Source: Bacteroidota bacterium
Lineage (GTDB): Bacteria > Bacteroidota > Bacteroidia > B-17B0 > Aurantibacillaceae
Length of the DNA stretch: 64,000 nt
Assembly: GCA_019638705.1 (NCBI GenBank)
Contig: JAHBTI010000016.1
Coordinates: forward strand, 4,177-68,176
Reading direction: 5' to 3'
Part shown: positions 1 through 9,453 of the stretch, one piece after another
Position numbering within the stretch: the stretch's first letter is position 1
Layout of the letters: every line of letters begins with the position of its first letter
Notes under the pieces: generated by a model
What the model was told of the DNA's origin: nothing
Seen by the model: only the letters and a program-made list of their open reading frames with translations
Databases searched by the model: none
Program-made: the position numbers and the translations under genes

Positions 1-2
1 GG

Positions 3-1250
3 AATTTGGACAGTCGCCTGGAACGTGCCATGGACGCTTTACGTTGCCCTGAGCCTGATGCAGACATAAAAGTTTTGTCGGGTGGTGAACGTCGCCGCGT
101 GGCTTTGTGCCGTTTGTTATTGCAAGAACCCGATATTTTGTTGTTGGACGAACCTACTAACCACTTGGACGCAGAAAGCGTGGATTGGTTGGAGCAACAT
201 TTAAAACAATACAAAGGCACGGTAATTGCCGTAACCCACGACCGTTATTTTTTGGATAACGTGGCAGGTTGGATTTTGGAATTGGACAGAGGCGAGGGTA
301 TTCCATGGAAAGGCAATTACAGTTCTTGGTTGGAACAAAAAGGCGCGCGTTTAAAACAAGAAGAAAAAACAGAAAGCAAACGCCAGAAAACATTGGCGCG
401 TGAGTTGGACTGGGTTCGTCAAGGTGTGAAAGGGCGCGGCGTGAAACAAAAAGCACGTTTAAGCAACTACGAAAAAATGCTGAACGAAGACATTAAAACC
501 AAAGAAGAAAAATTAGAACTCTTTATTCCGAACGGACCGCGCCTTGGCTCGGAAGTGATTGAAGCCATTGAGGTTTCAAAAGCATTTGGCGACCGTTTGT
601 TGTACGAACATTTGAATTTTAAATTGCCGCCTGCCGGAATTGTGGGCATTATTGGACCAAACGGCGCAGGTAAAACCACGTTATTCCGCATGATTATGGG
701 CGAAGAAAAACCGACAAGCGGCGATTTTAAAGTGGGACCAACCGTAAAAATTGCTTACGTTGACCAAAATCACAAAGAACTTGACCCGAACAAAACCGTG
801 TATGACGTAATTAGCGGCGGATTGGACAATATTACACTTGGCTGGAAACCAATGAACTCCCGCGCTTACATTTCTAAATTTAATTTCAGCGGCAGCGACC
901 AGGGAAAAAAAGTAAGCGTGCTTTCGGGCGGTGAACGTAACCGTTTACATTTGGCAATGGCTTTGAAAGAAGAGGGCAACGTATTGTTGCTTGACGAGCC
1001 TACGAATGATTTAGATGTAAACACACTCCGCGCTTTGGAAGAAGGTTTGGAAAACTTTGCAGGTTGCGCCGTTATTATTTCTCACGACCGTTGGTTTTTA
1101 GACCGTGTGTGTACACACATTCTTGCTTTTGAAGGCGACAGCAGCGTATATTGGTTTGAAGGCGGCTACAGCGAATACGAAGAAAACCGCAAAAAACGTT
1201 TGGGCAATGTAGAGCCAAAGCGTATGCGGTATAAAAAATTGGCGGTGTAA
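3..1250 (+). CDS. ettA: ABC-F ATPase, energy-dependent translational throttle EttA (5'-truncated by window edge)
   Basis: Two ABC cassettes ([19 protein letters not shown]; [27 protein letters not shown]) with an inter-ABC linker and no transmembrane segments. Confidence 0.9.
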   Translation, partial: NLDSRLERAMDALRCPEPDADIKVLSGGERRRVALCRLLLQEPDILLLDEPTNHLDAESVDWLEQHLKQYKGTVIAVTHDRYFLDNVAGWILELDRGEGIPWKGNYSSWLEQKGARLKQEEKTESKRQKTLARELDWVRQGVKGRGVKQKARLSNYEKMLNEDIKTKEEKLELFIPNGPRLGSEVIEAIEVSKAFGDRLLYEHLNFKLPPAGIVGIIGPNGAGKTTLFRMIMGEEKPTSGDFKVGPTVKIAYVDQNHKELDPNKTVYDVISGGLDNITLGWKPMNSRAYISKFNFSGSDQGKKVSVLSGGERNRLHLAMALKEEGNVLLLDEPTNDLDVNTLRALEEGLENFAGCAVIISHDRWFLDRVCTHILAFEGDSSVYWFEGGYSEYEENRKKRLGNVEPKRMRYKKLAV

Positions 1251-1275
1251 TGGTGTATAAAAACACACACCTTCT

Positions 1276-2712
1276 TCACTCCACCACCACATTCAGCGTA
1301 TCGCTATATACGCTGCGTTTTTCGGCGGGGAAATAGTGAATGCCTACTACTTTTAGCTGCTTACCTGCTTTAAGGCTTTGCCCCCAGGCAGGTGTGATGC
1401 TTGGCTCTTTTACAGGCTCGGTATAGTAATGACCGACATCGTACATAAAATGCCACTGATATAAGCAGTTGTTGCACCGGCTCATTTTATATTGCAGTTT
1501 TGTGCCTTGTTTCACCTTGCTTTGTCCTTTTATTTTTGGAGCTTCATCTGCATTGCCCAACACCACAGCGTATTGCGGCTCGCTTTTGCAGCCAATGGCA
1601 TCGGTTAAAACCGTACTGTATCTTCCTGCCTGTTTTACGGTGAGCGCGGCTGCGGTATCGCCTGTGTTCCACACATACGTTATGGGAGTGTTGGGATTGG
1701 CATTCTGTACGCTTAACACTACGCTGTCGCCTTTGTGCGCCAAATGCGCCTGCTGCGGCATAATGCCCGAGTTAGTGCCATAAACACCAAATGCCGAAAA
1801 CATATTTTGCCGGGTTGTAAAAAAATTGGCGGTGCTGGTGTAAGTGCAGTTATACAGGTCGCCGGCGGTTAAAAATGTATTAAAAAACGCAAAGGAGGAA
1901 TACTCATAAACATACCAAACTGTTTTTTGCGGTGCAAATATTTCCAATATAGCACCATCGCCAAAAGAAAAGGTGCTGCTTAATGTGAGCTGTTCATCGG
2001 GGCTTGTGTTGCTGAAAACAAGGGGCGTACCCTCGCAGGCTGTTTTTTCCGACACCGTAAAAGCAGGGCGCAAGCCTTTGTAAATGGTAAAGGTATCACT
2101 AAGGGAAATAATGCTGTTTGCCGTTTGATGTAATAAAGTGGCGGTGTATTTGCCGGGCGCAAGGTTTAAGGCAATTTGTTTTTCTTCGCTTTGCAATACG
2201 GTTTTTCCTGCTTGGTTTTGTATTGTCCACGCCCTGTTTTCGGTTTTTGAGCGCGCGAGTGAGGAGTCGGTTAAAACTACCTGCCGCACATCAACCAAAG
2301 TATCGCAATGCAATTGAAAAAAATAACGCAAGCCGTCTTTGCTTGTTTTTGAAAAGCGCTTGTTCAGGTTATTTTGATTTTTGCCTGTTTGCTTTTTCAA
2401 TACCATGCGCTGCTGTGCCCAAGTGTCGCGAAAAACAGAATTAGGAAAGGTAATAAAGGCTTTTACCACAAATGCCACCGTGTTTTGGTAAGGCGTAAGC
2501 CACTGCACATGTATTTTATTAGTTCCCTGCCCTTCAATAATTTTTCCGTAAAATTCCGGAATTTGCCACACAACCTGTTCGGCGGTTACGTTTATAGAAT
2601 AGGTGTTTACGTTTCCACTCAAGGGCAGCGTATCTCCCACAATTTTCTTTTGCGAAAAAACAAGCAGGCTTGGCAGCAAAACATAAAACATAAGAAGTGT
2701 TTTTTTCAGCAT
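1276..2712 (-). CDS. Secreted protein with PKD/Ig-like domains
   Basis: 478-aa ORF with an N-terminal signal peptide and PKD-like motifs (PAFTVSEKTACEGTPLVFSNTS, FSFGDG, YVWNTGDT). Confidence 0.65.
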   Translation of the reverse strand: MLKKTLLMFYVLLPSLLVFSQKKIVGDTLPLSGNVNTYSINVTAEQVVWQIPEFYGKIIEGQGTNKIHVQWLTPYQNTVAFVVKAFITFPNSVFRDTWAQQRMVLKKQTGKNQNNLNKRFSKTSKDGLRYFFQLHCDTLVDVRQVVLTDSSLARSKTENRAWTIQNQAGKTVLQSEEKQIALNLAPGKYTATLLHQTANSIISLSDTFTIYKGLRPAFTVSEKTACEGTPLVFSNTSPDEQLTLSSTFSFGDGAILEIFAPQKTVWYVYEYSSFAFFNTFLTAGDLYNCTYTSTANFFTTRQNMFSAFGVYGTNSGIMPQQAHLAHKGDSVVLSVQNANPNTPITYVWNTGDTAAALTVKQAGRYSTVLTDAIGCKSEPQYAVVLGNADEAPKIKGQSKVKQGTKLQYKMSRCNNCLYQWHFMYDVGHYYTEPVKEPSITPAWGQSLKAGKQLKVVGIHYFPAEKRSVYSDTLNVVVE

Positions 2713-2724
2713 AAACTCATTTTT

Positions 2725-5043
2725 TCAATCAAGTATTACCTTACCCGCAAACTCGCCTTTTGGCAGTATCACTTTGTAGTAATACACGCCTTTGCTCAGT
2801 GTGCTTATGCTTATTGCGCTGCGGTTGCTGTAATTCTTTTTGCTTACTACCAAACTGCCGAGCATATTGTATAACTCAATAGTTATTTGTTTTTCGTTGC
2901 TTGGCACGTCAAAATAAATTTCTGTGTTGGCAGGGTTTGGATAAACTCTCAACTTTAAACTTTCATCTTTCAACTTAACTATACCAATAGTGCTATCAGG
3001 TGCGGCAGGTGTAGTAGCACAAGCCGTGTTACTAAACGCGCTTGTTCCCACGCTGTTGGTTGCCGCTACTTTATAGCAATAGGTAGTTGTATAGCTTAAA
3101 CCTGTATGTGCGTAGCTTGTAGTATTGGGGGGTAGTGTAGCCAACAAGCTGTATGTTGTGCTGCTGCCAAATGTATAGTGCAATTCAAAATTAGTTTCAT
3201 CGTTGCTGTTATCGTTCCACGCTACGTTATTGGTTAGGCTGCCGTTGTTTGTTGCCGTTAAGTTAAGTGGTGTGTTGGGTATGCTTGTGGCGGTAGGGGC
3301 TGCGGGCGTGGTGGCGCAATCAGTATTGCTGAACGCACTTGTGCCTATGCTGTTGGTAGCCGCTACTTTATAGCAGTAAGTAGTTGTATAGCTTAACCCT
3401 GTATGCGCATAGCTTGTAGTATTGGCGGGTAGTGTAGCCAACAAGCTGTATGTTGGGTTGCCGCCAAAGGTGTAGTGCAACTCAAAATTACCTTCATCAT
3501 TGCTGTTATCTTGCCAATTTACATTATTAGTTAAGCTACCGTTATTTGTAGCAGTTAAAGCAAGCGGTGCATTGGGTACTGTGCCTGTGGTGGGTGTATT
3601 GCCGCAGCTATAACCATATTTAGCTACAAAGCCGTCTTCTGTACCACCATATATATGTACTGCCGTACCCGCACTGTCTAACGTACCGCCAAACATACCG
3701 CAGATATAAATATTACCTTGTTTGTCCATATCCATACTTGTAATTTCATCTCTTACGGAAGCAGGGCTGCTTCCTGTTTGGGGTAATGGATTAACATTTA
3801 TAAAATTGCCTGTTGCATCAAATTTACCTATGCAATTTTGCCGAAGTGAACCAGAGGTATAAGTAGCAGTATTAAATGCTAAATAACCACCAAGCGTTCC
3901 TGTACAGTATATGGTATCGTCTTTGCTTGTATAAGCAGGTGTTATATAATCCACATATTGCATGGTGGCTGCACTTGCGGATATTAAACTTCCTGTACTT
4001 GCGCTAAAATGATAGAAGACATTTGCGTTTGCTGATTGGATAGGAACAGGAGAATTGACAGCATAACCAAAAACGGTTGCTGTTCCCATAGCAGCCACTC
4101 CGCCCGTAATAAGCACGGTAGTGCTTGTGTCCATAGTGCATTTTCCTAATATATCACCGCCGACACCACTTGGATTACTCGTATTGTACCATAATAAACT
4201 TCCCGCAGGTGAAAATTTAAAAATTATAGAATTACTATTACCCGATGAAACATTTGTATATGATACAGAAGTCCCCCCAATATTTACCGTACCTGTAAAA
4301 AAACCCGATACATAAACATTATCATTTTTATCAAGAACAATACCTCTAATTTTAGGAACATTGCCCGATGTGGCAGTATAATTATAAAAATTTGTAAGAA
4401 CTCCCAACGTGTTTATCCTTGCAGCCTGCATTCCGTCCGATATAAAATAATTACCTTGACTGTCAAAAAATAGTTTAATAGGAATAACATTAGCACTAAA
4501 AAGATTAGGGAAGCCTGTGTATGTGTTTAATACGTTTATAAAATTACCTGCCGTATCAAATTTGGCTAAAAACACTTGATTACCGCTATTAATTATTGTA
4601 TCATGTGTCCCATCTCCCACCGTATATGTGCCGCTTGCACTGCCTCCTAATACTATCACGTTTCCATTATTATCTAATGCTAATGATGTTGCCGCATCGT
4701 TAGCAGTCCCCCCCATTCTTCTCCACCACAACGTTTTTCCGCAAGAGCTGTATTTTATCAAATAAGCGTCAAGCCTGCCGTAGCCGCCTGTATTAGGTGG
4801 TGTGGTTGATGTAAGTGCGGCATTCTGAAATACAGGATTAGTGTATAAATAACCTACTGCATACACATTGCCCAAGCTATCGGTTTTTATGTCTGCTATC
4901 TTTTCATTACCTGTGGGGTTAAACGGGTGTCCGTCATTATCTCCCGCACTGCCTGCTTGCTTTGCCCATTGCCAACTTGGTTGTTGTGCATAGCTGTATG
5001 CAGTAAACAGCGCAAATAGTAAAAATGTAATGTTCGTTCTCAT
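2725..5043 (-). CDS. T9SS-secreted protein: beta-propeller (SBBP-like) repeats, two FN3 domains, type A sorting domain
   Basis: Start moved to ATG 5043 (MRTNITFLLF signal peptide). Repeats of DxxGNVY type, two FN3 modules, and a C-terminal LRVYPNPA...LSKGVYYYKV...GKVILD. Confidence 0.8.
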   Translation of the reverse strand: MRTNITFLLFALFTAYSYAQQPSWQWAKQAGSAGDNDGHPFNPTGNEKIADIKTDSLGNVYAVGYLYTNPVFQNAALTSTTPPNTGGYGRLDAYLIKYSSCGKTLWWRRMGGTANDAATSLALDNNGNVIVLGGSASGTYTVGDGTHDTIINSGNQVFLAKFDTAGNFINVLNTYTGFPNLFSANVIPIKLFFDSQGNYFISDGMQAARINTLGVLTNFYNYTATSGNVPKIRGIVLDKNDNVYVSGFFTGTVNIGGTSVSYTNVSSGNSNSIIFKFSPAGSLLWYNTSNPSGVGGDILGKCTMDTSTTVLITGGVAAMGTATVFGYAVNSPVPIQSANANVFYHFSASTGSLISASAATMQYVDYITPAYTSKDDTIYCTGTLGGYLAFNTATYTSGSLRQNCIGKFDATGNFINVNPLPQTGSSPASVRDEITSMDMDKQGNIYICGMFGGTLDSAGTAVHIYGGTEDGFVAKYGYSCGNTPTTGTVPNAPLALTATNNGSLTNNVNWQDNSNDEGNFELHYTFGGNPTYSLLATLPANTTSYAHTGLSYTTTYCYKVAATNSIGTSAFSNTDCATTPAAPTATSIPNTPLNLTATNNGSLTNNVAWNDNSNDETNFELHYTFGSSTTYSLLATLPPNTTSYAHTGLSYTTTYCYKVAATNSVGTSAFSNTACATTPAAPDSTIGIVKLKDESLKLRVYPNPANTEIYFDVPSNEKQITIELYNMLGSLVVSKKNYSNRSAISISTLSKGVYYYKVILPKGEFAGKVILD
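2998..3576. repeat. Tandem duplication of an FN3-coding module (2998-3279 and 3295-3576, period 297 bp)
   Basis: Near-identical peptides PNxPLxLTATNNGSLTNNV...TTPAAP, with high nucleotide similarity. Confidence 0.9.
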
Positions 5044-5185
5044 AATTTCTTTTTTGTATCCTGTAAGTATTACAAATATCATGCCAAAATGTAATTTTAA
5101 GCGCAAACATTTGAACAAGTTATAAAAAAAGGGAGGGTAAATTTCATATTGGAAATTTAAAGAGGCGCTTAATTCCCCGTAACTA

Positions 5186-5225
5186 AAAAGCGGACTTCTC
5201 TTTTTGCAGTGAGAAGTCCGCTTTT
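5186..5225 (-). terminator. Intrinsic terminator; the original tRNA-Leu terminator, displaced by the element
   Basis: Perfect 15-bp stem AAAAGCGGACTTCTC / GAGAAGTCCGCTTTT with a 10-nt loop, directly adjacent to the GTAC core at 5226. Confidence 0.85.
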
Positions 5226-5321
5226 GTACTCCCAGTGGGGGAAATATCGCACTATAATATTGATGATTTTAATAAAATTTTGGAATTTACAGGACTTATT
5301 GAGCCTATTTCTGAGGTTTAA
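5226..5321 (+). other. Left attachment junction carrying a startless 31-codon frame, the predicted alternative C-terminus of the recombinase
   Basis: GTA CTC CCA GTG GGG GAA...GTT TAA translates to VLPVGEISHYNIDDFNKILEFTGLIEPISEV*. The GTA codon is in frame with the recombinase GTA codon at 26704. Confidence 0.65.
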
Positions 5322-5776
5322 TCAATTCATCTCATAACTTGTTAATTGGCTGGTGAAAGGTTAGATGGTAAAGATATGCTAAAAAATTGTACGCTTGAAA
5401 TCTATTTTTTTAAACGTTCCGTTTTTCTTGTAAAAAAATGTCTAATCTTGGTTTACCCTCTTTTAGTTTGTTTTTCACAGCAAAAAAATCAGTTTGCAGC
5501 TTGTTTACGAAACGAGCGAAATTCTTTACTGTATTTTATTTTGTATTCCATTGGCGTTAAAGAACTAATATATCTTGCAAGAAGTTTGTTACGTTTCATA
5601 GTCAAATGTACAGCGCAAACTCAAACTGTCAAATAGTGTATTCGCACTTTAATATCACATTCGGAAAAATAATTATGACAAAATATTATCTTTGTGTAAA
5701 TAAACCTCAACTTCATGATGTAAAGGCAACCAAAATATGAAGTTGGCGGACGTATAGAGTAGAGGGATACATACAA

Positions 5777-5786
5777 GTTAGCGGTC
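5777..5786 (+). repeat. attC-like right half-site (GTTAGCGGTC) upstream of the first cassette-like gene
   Basis: Matches the integron core GTTRRRY and lies 40 bp upstream of ATG 5817; the left half was not found. Confidence 0.45.
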
Positions 5787-5816
5787 ATTTTAAACAGACA
5801 CTTAAACAAAGGGACA

Positions 5817-6884
5817 ATGGACGAAAATGAAAGAAACGAATTGCGACAAAAAATTCAAGAGGTTTTGACTGATGGACAAACAAAACTTTCAGAAGTAACT
5901 GCTATTGCTGACGGTGCAAAACAAAAGGAAACTGAACTAAATACGTTTCACACAAGAATTATTGAACTAAAAGCAGCGGCAGAAACTAATTCTAATTCAT
6001 TAGCCGAAACGCTAAACAATGCAAATACTGTAAAATCACAAATTGACGAATTGCATCGCGTAGCGACAGAAGCAAAAAATGCTATTGACGTTTTTCATCA
6101 AAACAGTAACGCGAAAAACGATGAAATCAATAATTACTACAACATTTTTCAAAACCTAAAACAACAAGTTGAGAACCCCGAATTTGGGTTAGCACAGACA
6201 CTTGCTAAAGCAACAGAATTTTTCGGACATATTTCAAAAACAAATACAGATGCAACCGCTGCAAAAGACGAAATTCTTACAAACAAGGTTAAATCAGACG
6301 GACTGCTTAACGAAACAAATCAGTTAAAAGACAATATTGCTAACAACTTAACTGAAAGTGAAAGACTAAAAACTGAAATTGGAAAAATTCTTGATTTAGT
6401 CAGAGATACTGGACTTGCTAATTCGTTTGACAAAAGGCGAAAACGTTCTCAATGGAGTAGTCTTTTTGCTTTAGGAGTTATTATTCTTGGTGTAATCATA
6501 AGTGTAATTACCATAAGTAAAGTGTTTCTATCAGAGGAAGGACAAAATTTATTTAGTGCAATACAAAATGACTATATTAAATTCTTACTTCGCTTGACAT
6601 TGACAGCACCCGGTGTTTTTACAGCTTGGTTTGGTGCTGCTCAATATTCTAAAGAACGATACTTTTTAGAGCAATATGAGTTTAAAACTGCTGCTGCATT
6701 AGCTTTGGAAAATTATACAAAGTTGCTCAAAGACAATTATGCAGGAAAAGAAGAAGAAATTTTTAAATTGAATTTAGAGTTAATTCGTTCGGTTTACAAA
6801 GAACCAATATTTATTAAACCTAAGACGAGTATTTTTGCAAGAGTAAAAGAACCGACAACAAAAATTAAAGCTGAAAAAAGCTGA
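5817..6884 (+). CDS. Hypothetical protein: long N-terminal coiled coil plus C-terminal transmembrane helices
   Basis: 355 aa, heptad-rich N-terminal 200 aa, hydrophobic segments near residues 215-275, AT-rich. Confidence 0.75.
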   Translation: MDENERNELRQKIQEVLTDGQTKLSEVTAIADGAKQKETELNTFHTRIIELKAAAETNSNSLAETLNNANTVKSQIDELHRVATEAKNAIDVFHQNSNAKNDEINNYYNIFQNLKQQVENPEFGLAQTLAKATEFFGHISKTNTDATAAKDEILTNKVKSDGLLNETNQLKDNIANNLTESERLKTEIGKILDLVRDTGLANSFDKRRKRSQWSSLFALGVIILGVIISVITISKVFLSEEGQNLFSAIQNDYIKFLLRLTLTAPGVFTAWFGAAQYSKERYFLEQYEFKTAAALALENYTKLLKDNYAGKEEEIFKLNLELIRSVYKEPIFIKPKTSIFARVKEPTTKIKAEKS

Positions 6885-6910
6885 AACAAAAATCACACAA
6901 TAAAAAATGA

Positions 6911-7047
6911 ACCGCGAACAGCGTTTTGGTAAGAGCAGGGCTATATTTTAGATTAGACAAATTCGTGTATATTTGAATTGTTAGTTTTCGCACGGCATTA
7001 CACTCAAAAGTTCCTGCCCTCGTTAAGCCACAAACCATTAGTGGCAA
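6911..7047 (+). repeat. Degenerate attC-like imperfect inverted repeat between the two cassette-like genes
   Basis: Left arm ACCGCGAACAGCGTTTTGGTAAGAGCAGGGC and right arm CCTGCCCTCGTTAAGCCACAAACCATTAGTGGC; the ends resemble CCRCTAAC / GTTAGYGG with one change each. Confidence 0.5.
6969..6976 (+). promoter_or_regulatory. Bacteroidota -7 promoter box (TATATTTG) inside the attC-like spacer
   Basis: Exact TAnnTTTG match about 105 bp upstream of ATG 7081. Confidence 0.4.
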
Positions 7048-7080
7048 TCTTTGGACACTGCAATTCACAACAGACAAAAT

Positions 7081-8916
7081 ATGACGACAGAACATATTGA
7101 AAAAATATTTACCGACTACCTTAAAACTGACAAAACGCAATATGCGATTTTGCTAAATGGCAGTTGGGGGTGCGGCAAAACATACTTTTGGAAGCATTCT
7201 TTAGAGGAAATTGCTAAAAAAAATGATTTCAAAACAATTTATGTATCGCTAAACGGAATTGGCAAAATAGATGACCTTGACCATCAACTTTTCGTAAAAT
7301 TATTGCCTTTTATTAGCAATCAAGAAAACAAAGTAATAAAAAATGCAACAAATTTTTTGGGTAATGTATTAAACAAACTAAGCAATCATTATCTCAATAC
7401 AAGTATATCGGATATTTTCAAAGGTGTAAGTATTGATACTTTTAACTTTTCAAAATACATAATTTGTTTTGACGACTTGGAACGTTGTCAAATTCCTGTC
7501 AAAGAAGTGTTAGGGTTCATCAATAATTTAGTTGAACATAAGAACTTAAAAACAATAATTCTTGCTCACGAACACGAAATTGAAAAGAAAGAAGAATACA
7601 AACGCATTAAAGAAAAAGTTGTTGGTCGTGATTTAAAATTTGAACTTGATATTCGTTCAACATTGCCTAATCTGTTTAATAAATACAAAGACAATTCCGA
7701 TTTTCACAATTTCTTATTGTCAGCTCAAAAAAACGTTATTACCGACATTTTAGTTGAATACAAACAAGACAACCTTAGAATAATAAGTTTCTATTTAGAT
7801 ATTTTGGAAAGGATTTTTCCAATATTGAAAAATGTTGATTCAAAATATGTTCAAGAAACAATCTTATTTTCTGCCATAATTATTATTGAATATAAAAATG
7901 GTGGATTGACTTCTACGGACTATAAGGATTTTAAAGGTATTGACGATATTAACGAACATTATTACTCATTGAACCTTGCAAGGACAATGAGAAAATCTGA
8001 GAAGGAAGAAACAGAAAGAAAAAAATCCTATGCAGAAATTTTTTACGAAAAATATTTAGATAAGAGAGTTAATACATACTTCTTCTATCCATCAATATAT
8101 TCTTTCATTCTTTCAGGCTACTTAAATCAAACTGAGTTAGAAACCGAAATCAAAAAACGTTATCCAGAAGTCATTTCTAAAGAAATTCAAGATTTCAGAA
8201 CCTTAATTCATTATAAATTTCGTGAACTATCTGACGAAGATTTTAAAAGGCTCACAAAAGATGTTTTGCAATACGCCAAAGAAGGCAAATATTCCATTTA
8301 CGACTATGTTCAAATTGCGCAATTCTTTTACTTTTTCTCTAACAATAAACTGATTACTGAAAGCAAGGAAGATATTGATAAAATAATCAATGACGGGCTT
8401 GAAATTGCGAAAGCACGAAAACAAATCAATGACAAAGTTCTTGAAAATCTTTTACATTTTGGAGACGATAATCCTCATGTAACAGACATAAAGAAACTTG
8501 TCAAAGAAATTCACAACGAAATTAAAAAAGAAGAATACGTTGCAAATAGCAACGAACTTATTGACTGTTTAGTAAATAAAGACGAGTTTGCGTTGGCAGC
8601 AATTTTTGAGAAGCACAAATTCTCAGAAGAACTCTTCCAATACGCAGATGACAAACTATTGTTTGATACAATTTTGAAAGTTTCTAATAAACAATTATTC
8701 AACTTTACCGAATTACTAAGACGCCGATACGAAATTGGAAACATTGGTGAGTTTTTGTTTGAGGACACAGGCTGTTTGAATAAAGTAAAAATGGGGTTAT
8801 CTGACTACCTTGACAAAAGTGAAAACATTGAGCAACCGAGAAAGTTCTTGTTTGCTACATTAGAAAAGACTTTAATGTTAGCTATTCAATACTTGAATGA
8901 CACAAGAAAAAAATAA
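7081..8916 (+). CDS. KAP-family P-loop NTPase
   Basis: YAILLNGSWGCGKT (Walker A), ICFDDLERC (Walker B), EKVVGR motif; ATG 7081 preferred over TTG 7051. Confidence 0.8.
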   Translation: MTTEHIEKIFTDYLKTDKTQYAILLNGSWGCGKTYFWKHSLEEIAKKNDFKTIYVSLNGIGKIDDLDHQLFVKLLPFISNQENKVIKNATNFLGNVLNKLSNHYLNTSISDIFKGVSIDTFNFSKYIICFDDLERCQIPVKEVLGFINNLVEHKNLKTIILAHEHEIEKKEEYKRIKEKVVGRDLKFELDIRSTLPNLFNKYKDNSDFHNFLLSAQKNVITDILVEYKQDNLRIISFYLDILERIFPILKNVDSKYVQETILFSAIIIIEYKNGGLTSTDYKDFKGIDDINEHYYSLNLARTMRKSEKEETERKKSYAEIFYEKYLDKRVNTYFFYPSIYSFILSGYLNQTELETEIKKRYPEVISKEIQDFRTLIHYKFRELSDEDFKRLTKDVLQYAKEGKYSIYDYVQIAQFFYFFSNNKLITESKEDIDKIINDGLEIAKARKQINDKVLENLLHFGDDNPHVTDIKKLVKEIHNEIKKEEYVANSNELIDCLVNKDEFALAAIFEKHKFSEELFQYADDKLLFDTILKVSNKQLFNFTELLRRRYEIGNIGEFLFEDTGCLNKVKMGLSDYLDKSENIEQPRKFLFATLEKTLMLAIQYLNDTRKK

Positions 8917-8977
8917 AGCAGCCACTACACCTAAGTCCCAAACCATTAACACTCATTTCAGGATAACGGAATAAACA

Positions 8978-9007
8978 AAAAAGGCGGAAACAAAATCCCG
9001 CCTTTTT
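8978..9007. terminator. Bidirectional intrinsic terminator
   Basis: AAAAAGGCGG / CCGCCTTTTT stem between convergent reading frames. Confidence 0.75.
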
Positions 9008-9011
9008 ATTT

Positions 9012-9305
9012 CTACGCCGCCTCTCTCAAATACTCCTGCTCTTCAAAAATTCTCATTTCATCACCCTGATTGTATCTGCCGTATTGCACCGCCAAACCCT
9101 TTTGGGAAACTTCAATCACAATATCCACATCATGCTGAAATTCATTTGCCCCTCTGAAATTCCCCTCTTTGGTAGTTTGGAACACATAAATAAACGATTA
9201 ATTGGGATTGGCTTGTTTCAAGATGTGCAAATCAGCAACCGACAAGCCGAGCTTGTTCGTGCTGTCTAAAAAAACAAAATCTTATGCGCTTAAATTGTCG
9301 GGTAT
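9012..9305 (-). pseudogene. 3' remnant of a RecA/RadA-like ATPase gene with two in-frame TAA stops
   Basis: Translates to IPDNLSA*DFVFLDSTNKLGLSVADLHILKQANPN*SFIYVFQTTKEGNFRGANEFQHDVDIVIEV...REAA*, with a Walker B-like VFLDS; stops at 9282-9284 and 9198-9200; 5' part missing. Confidence 0.65.
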
Positions 9306-9306
9306 G

Positions 9307-9336
9307 ATTTTTGTCCGTATTATGCCGATTTTGTCC
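9307..9336 (+). promoter_or_regulatory. Direct repeat (TTGTCC, period 20 bp) upstream of the AraC gene
   Basis: TTGTCC at 9311 and 9331, each preceded by an AT/T run. Confidence 0.4.
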
Positions 9337-9453
9337 AAAAAATTTGCTTAACAGAAAAAATTTTTCTAACTTGGGTTTGAGTTTAATAATGGAATTTGTA
9401 GAGGAGGGATTAAAAAAACAAATTGATAAAATATCAGCCTAAAAAATAAAACT

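Noticed and set aside
1276-5043. The two secreted-protein genes as part of the integrated element
   Set aside because: They lie outside the GTAC core, beyond the tRNA terminator; they may be accessory but belong to the host flank.
5346-5809. ORFs 5346-5636 (+) and 5621-5809 (-)
   Set aside because: No ATG start for the first, no recognisable motifs, low-complexity AT-rich sequence; probably spurious or decayed.
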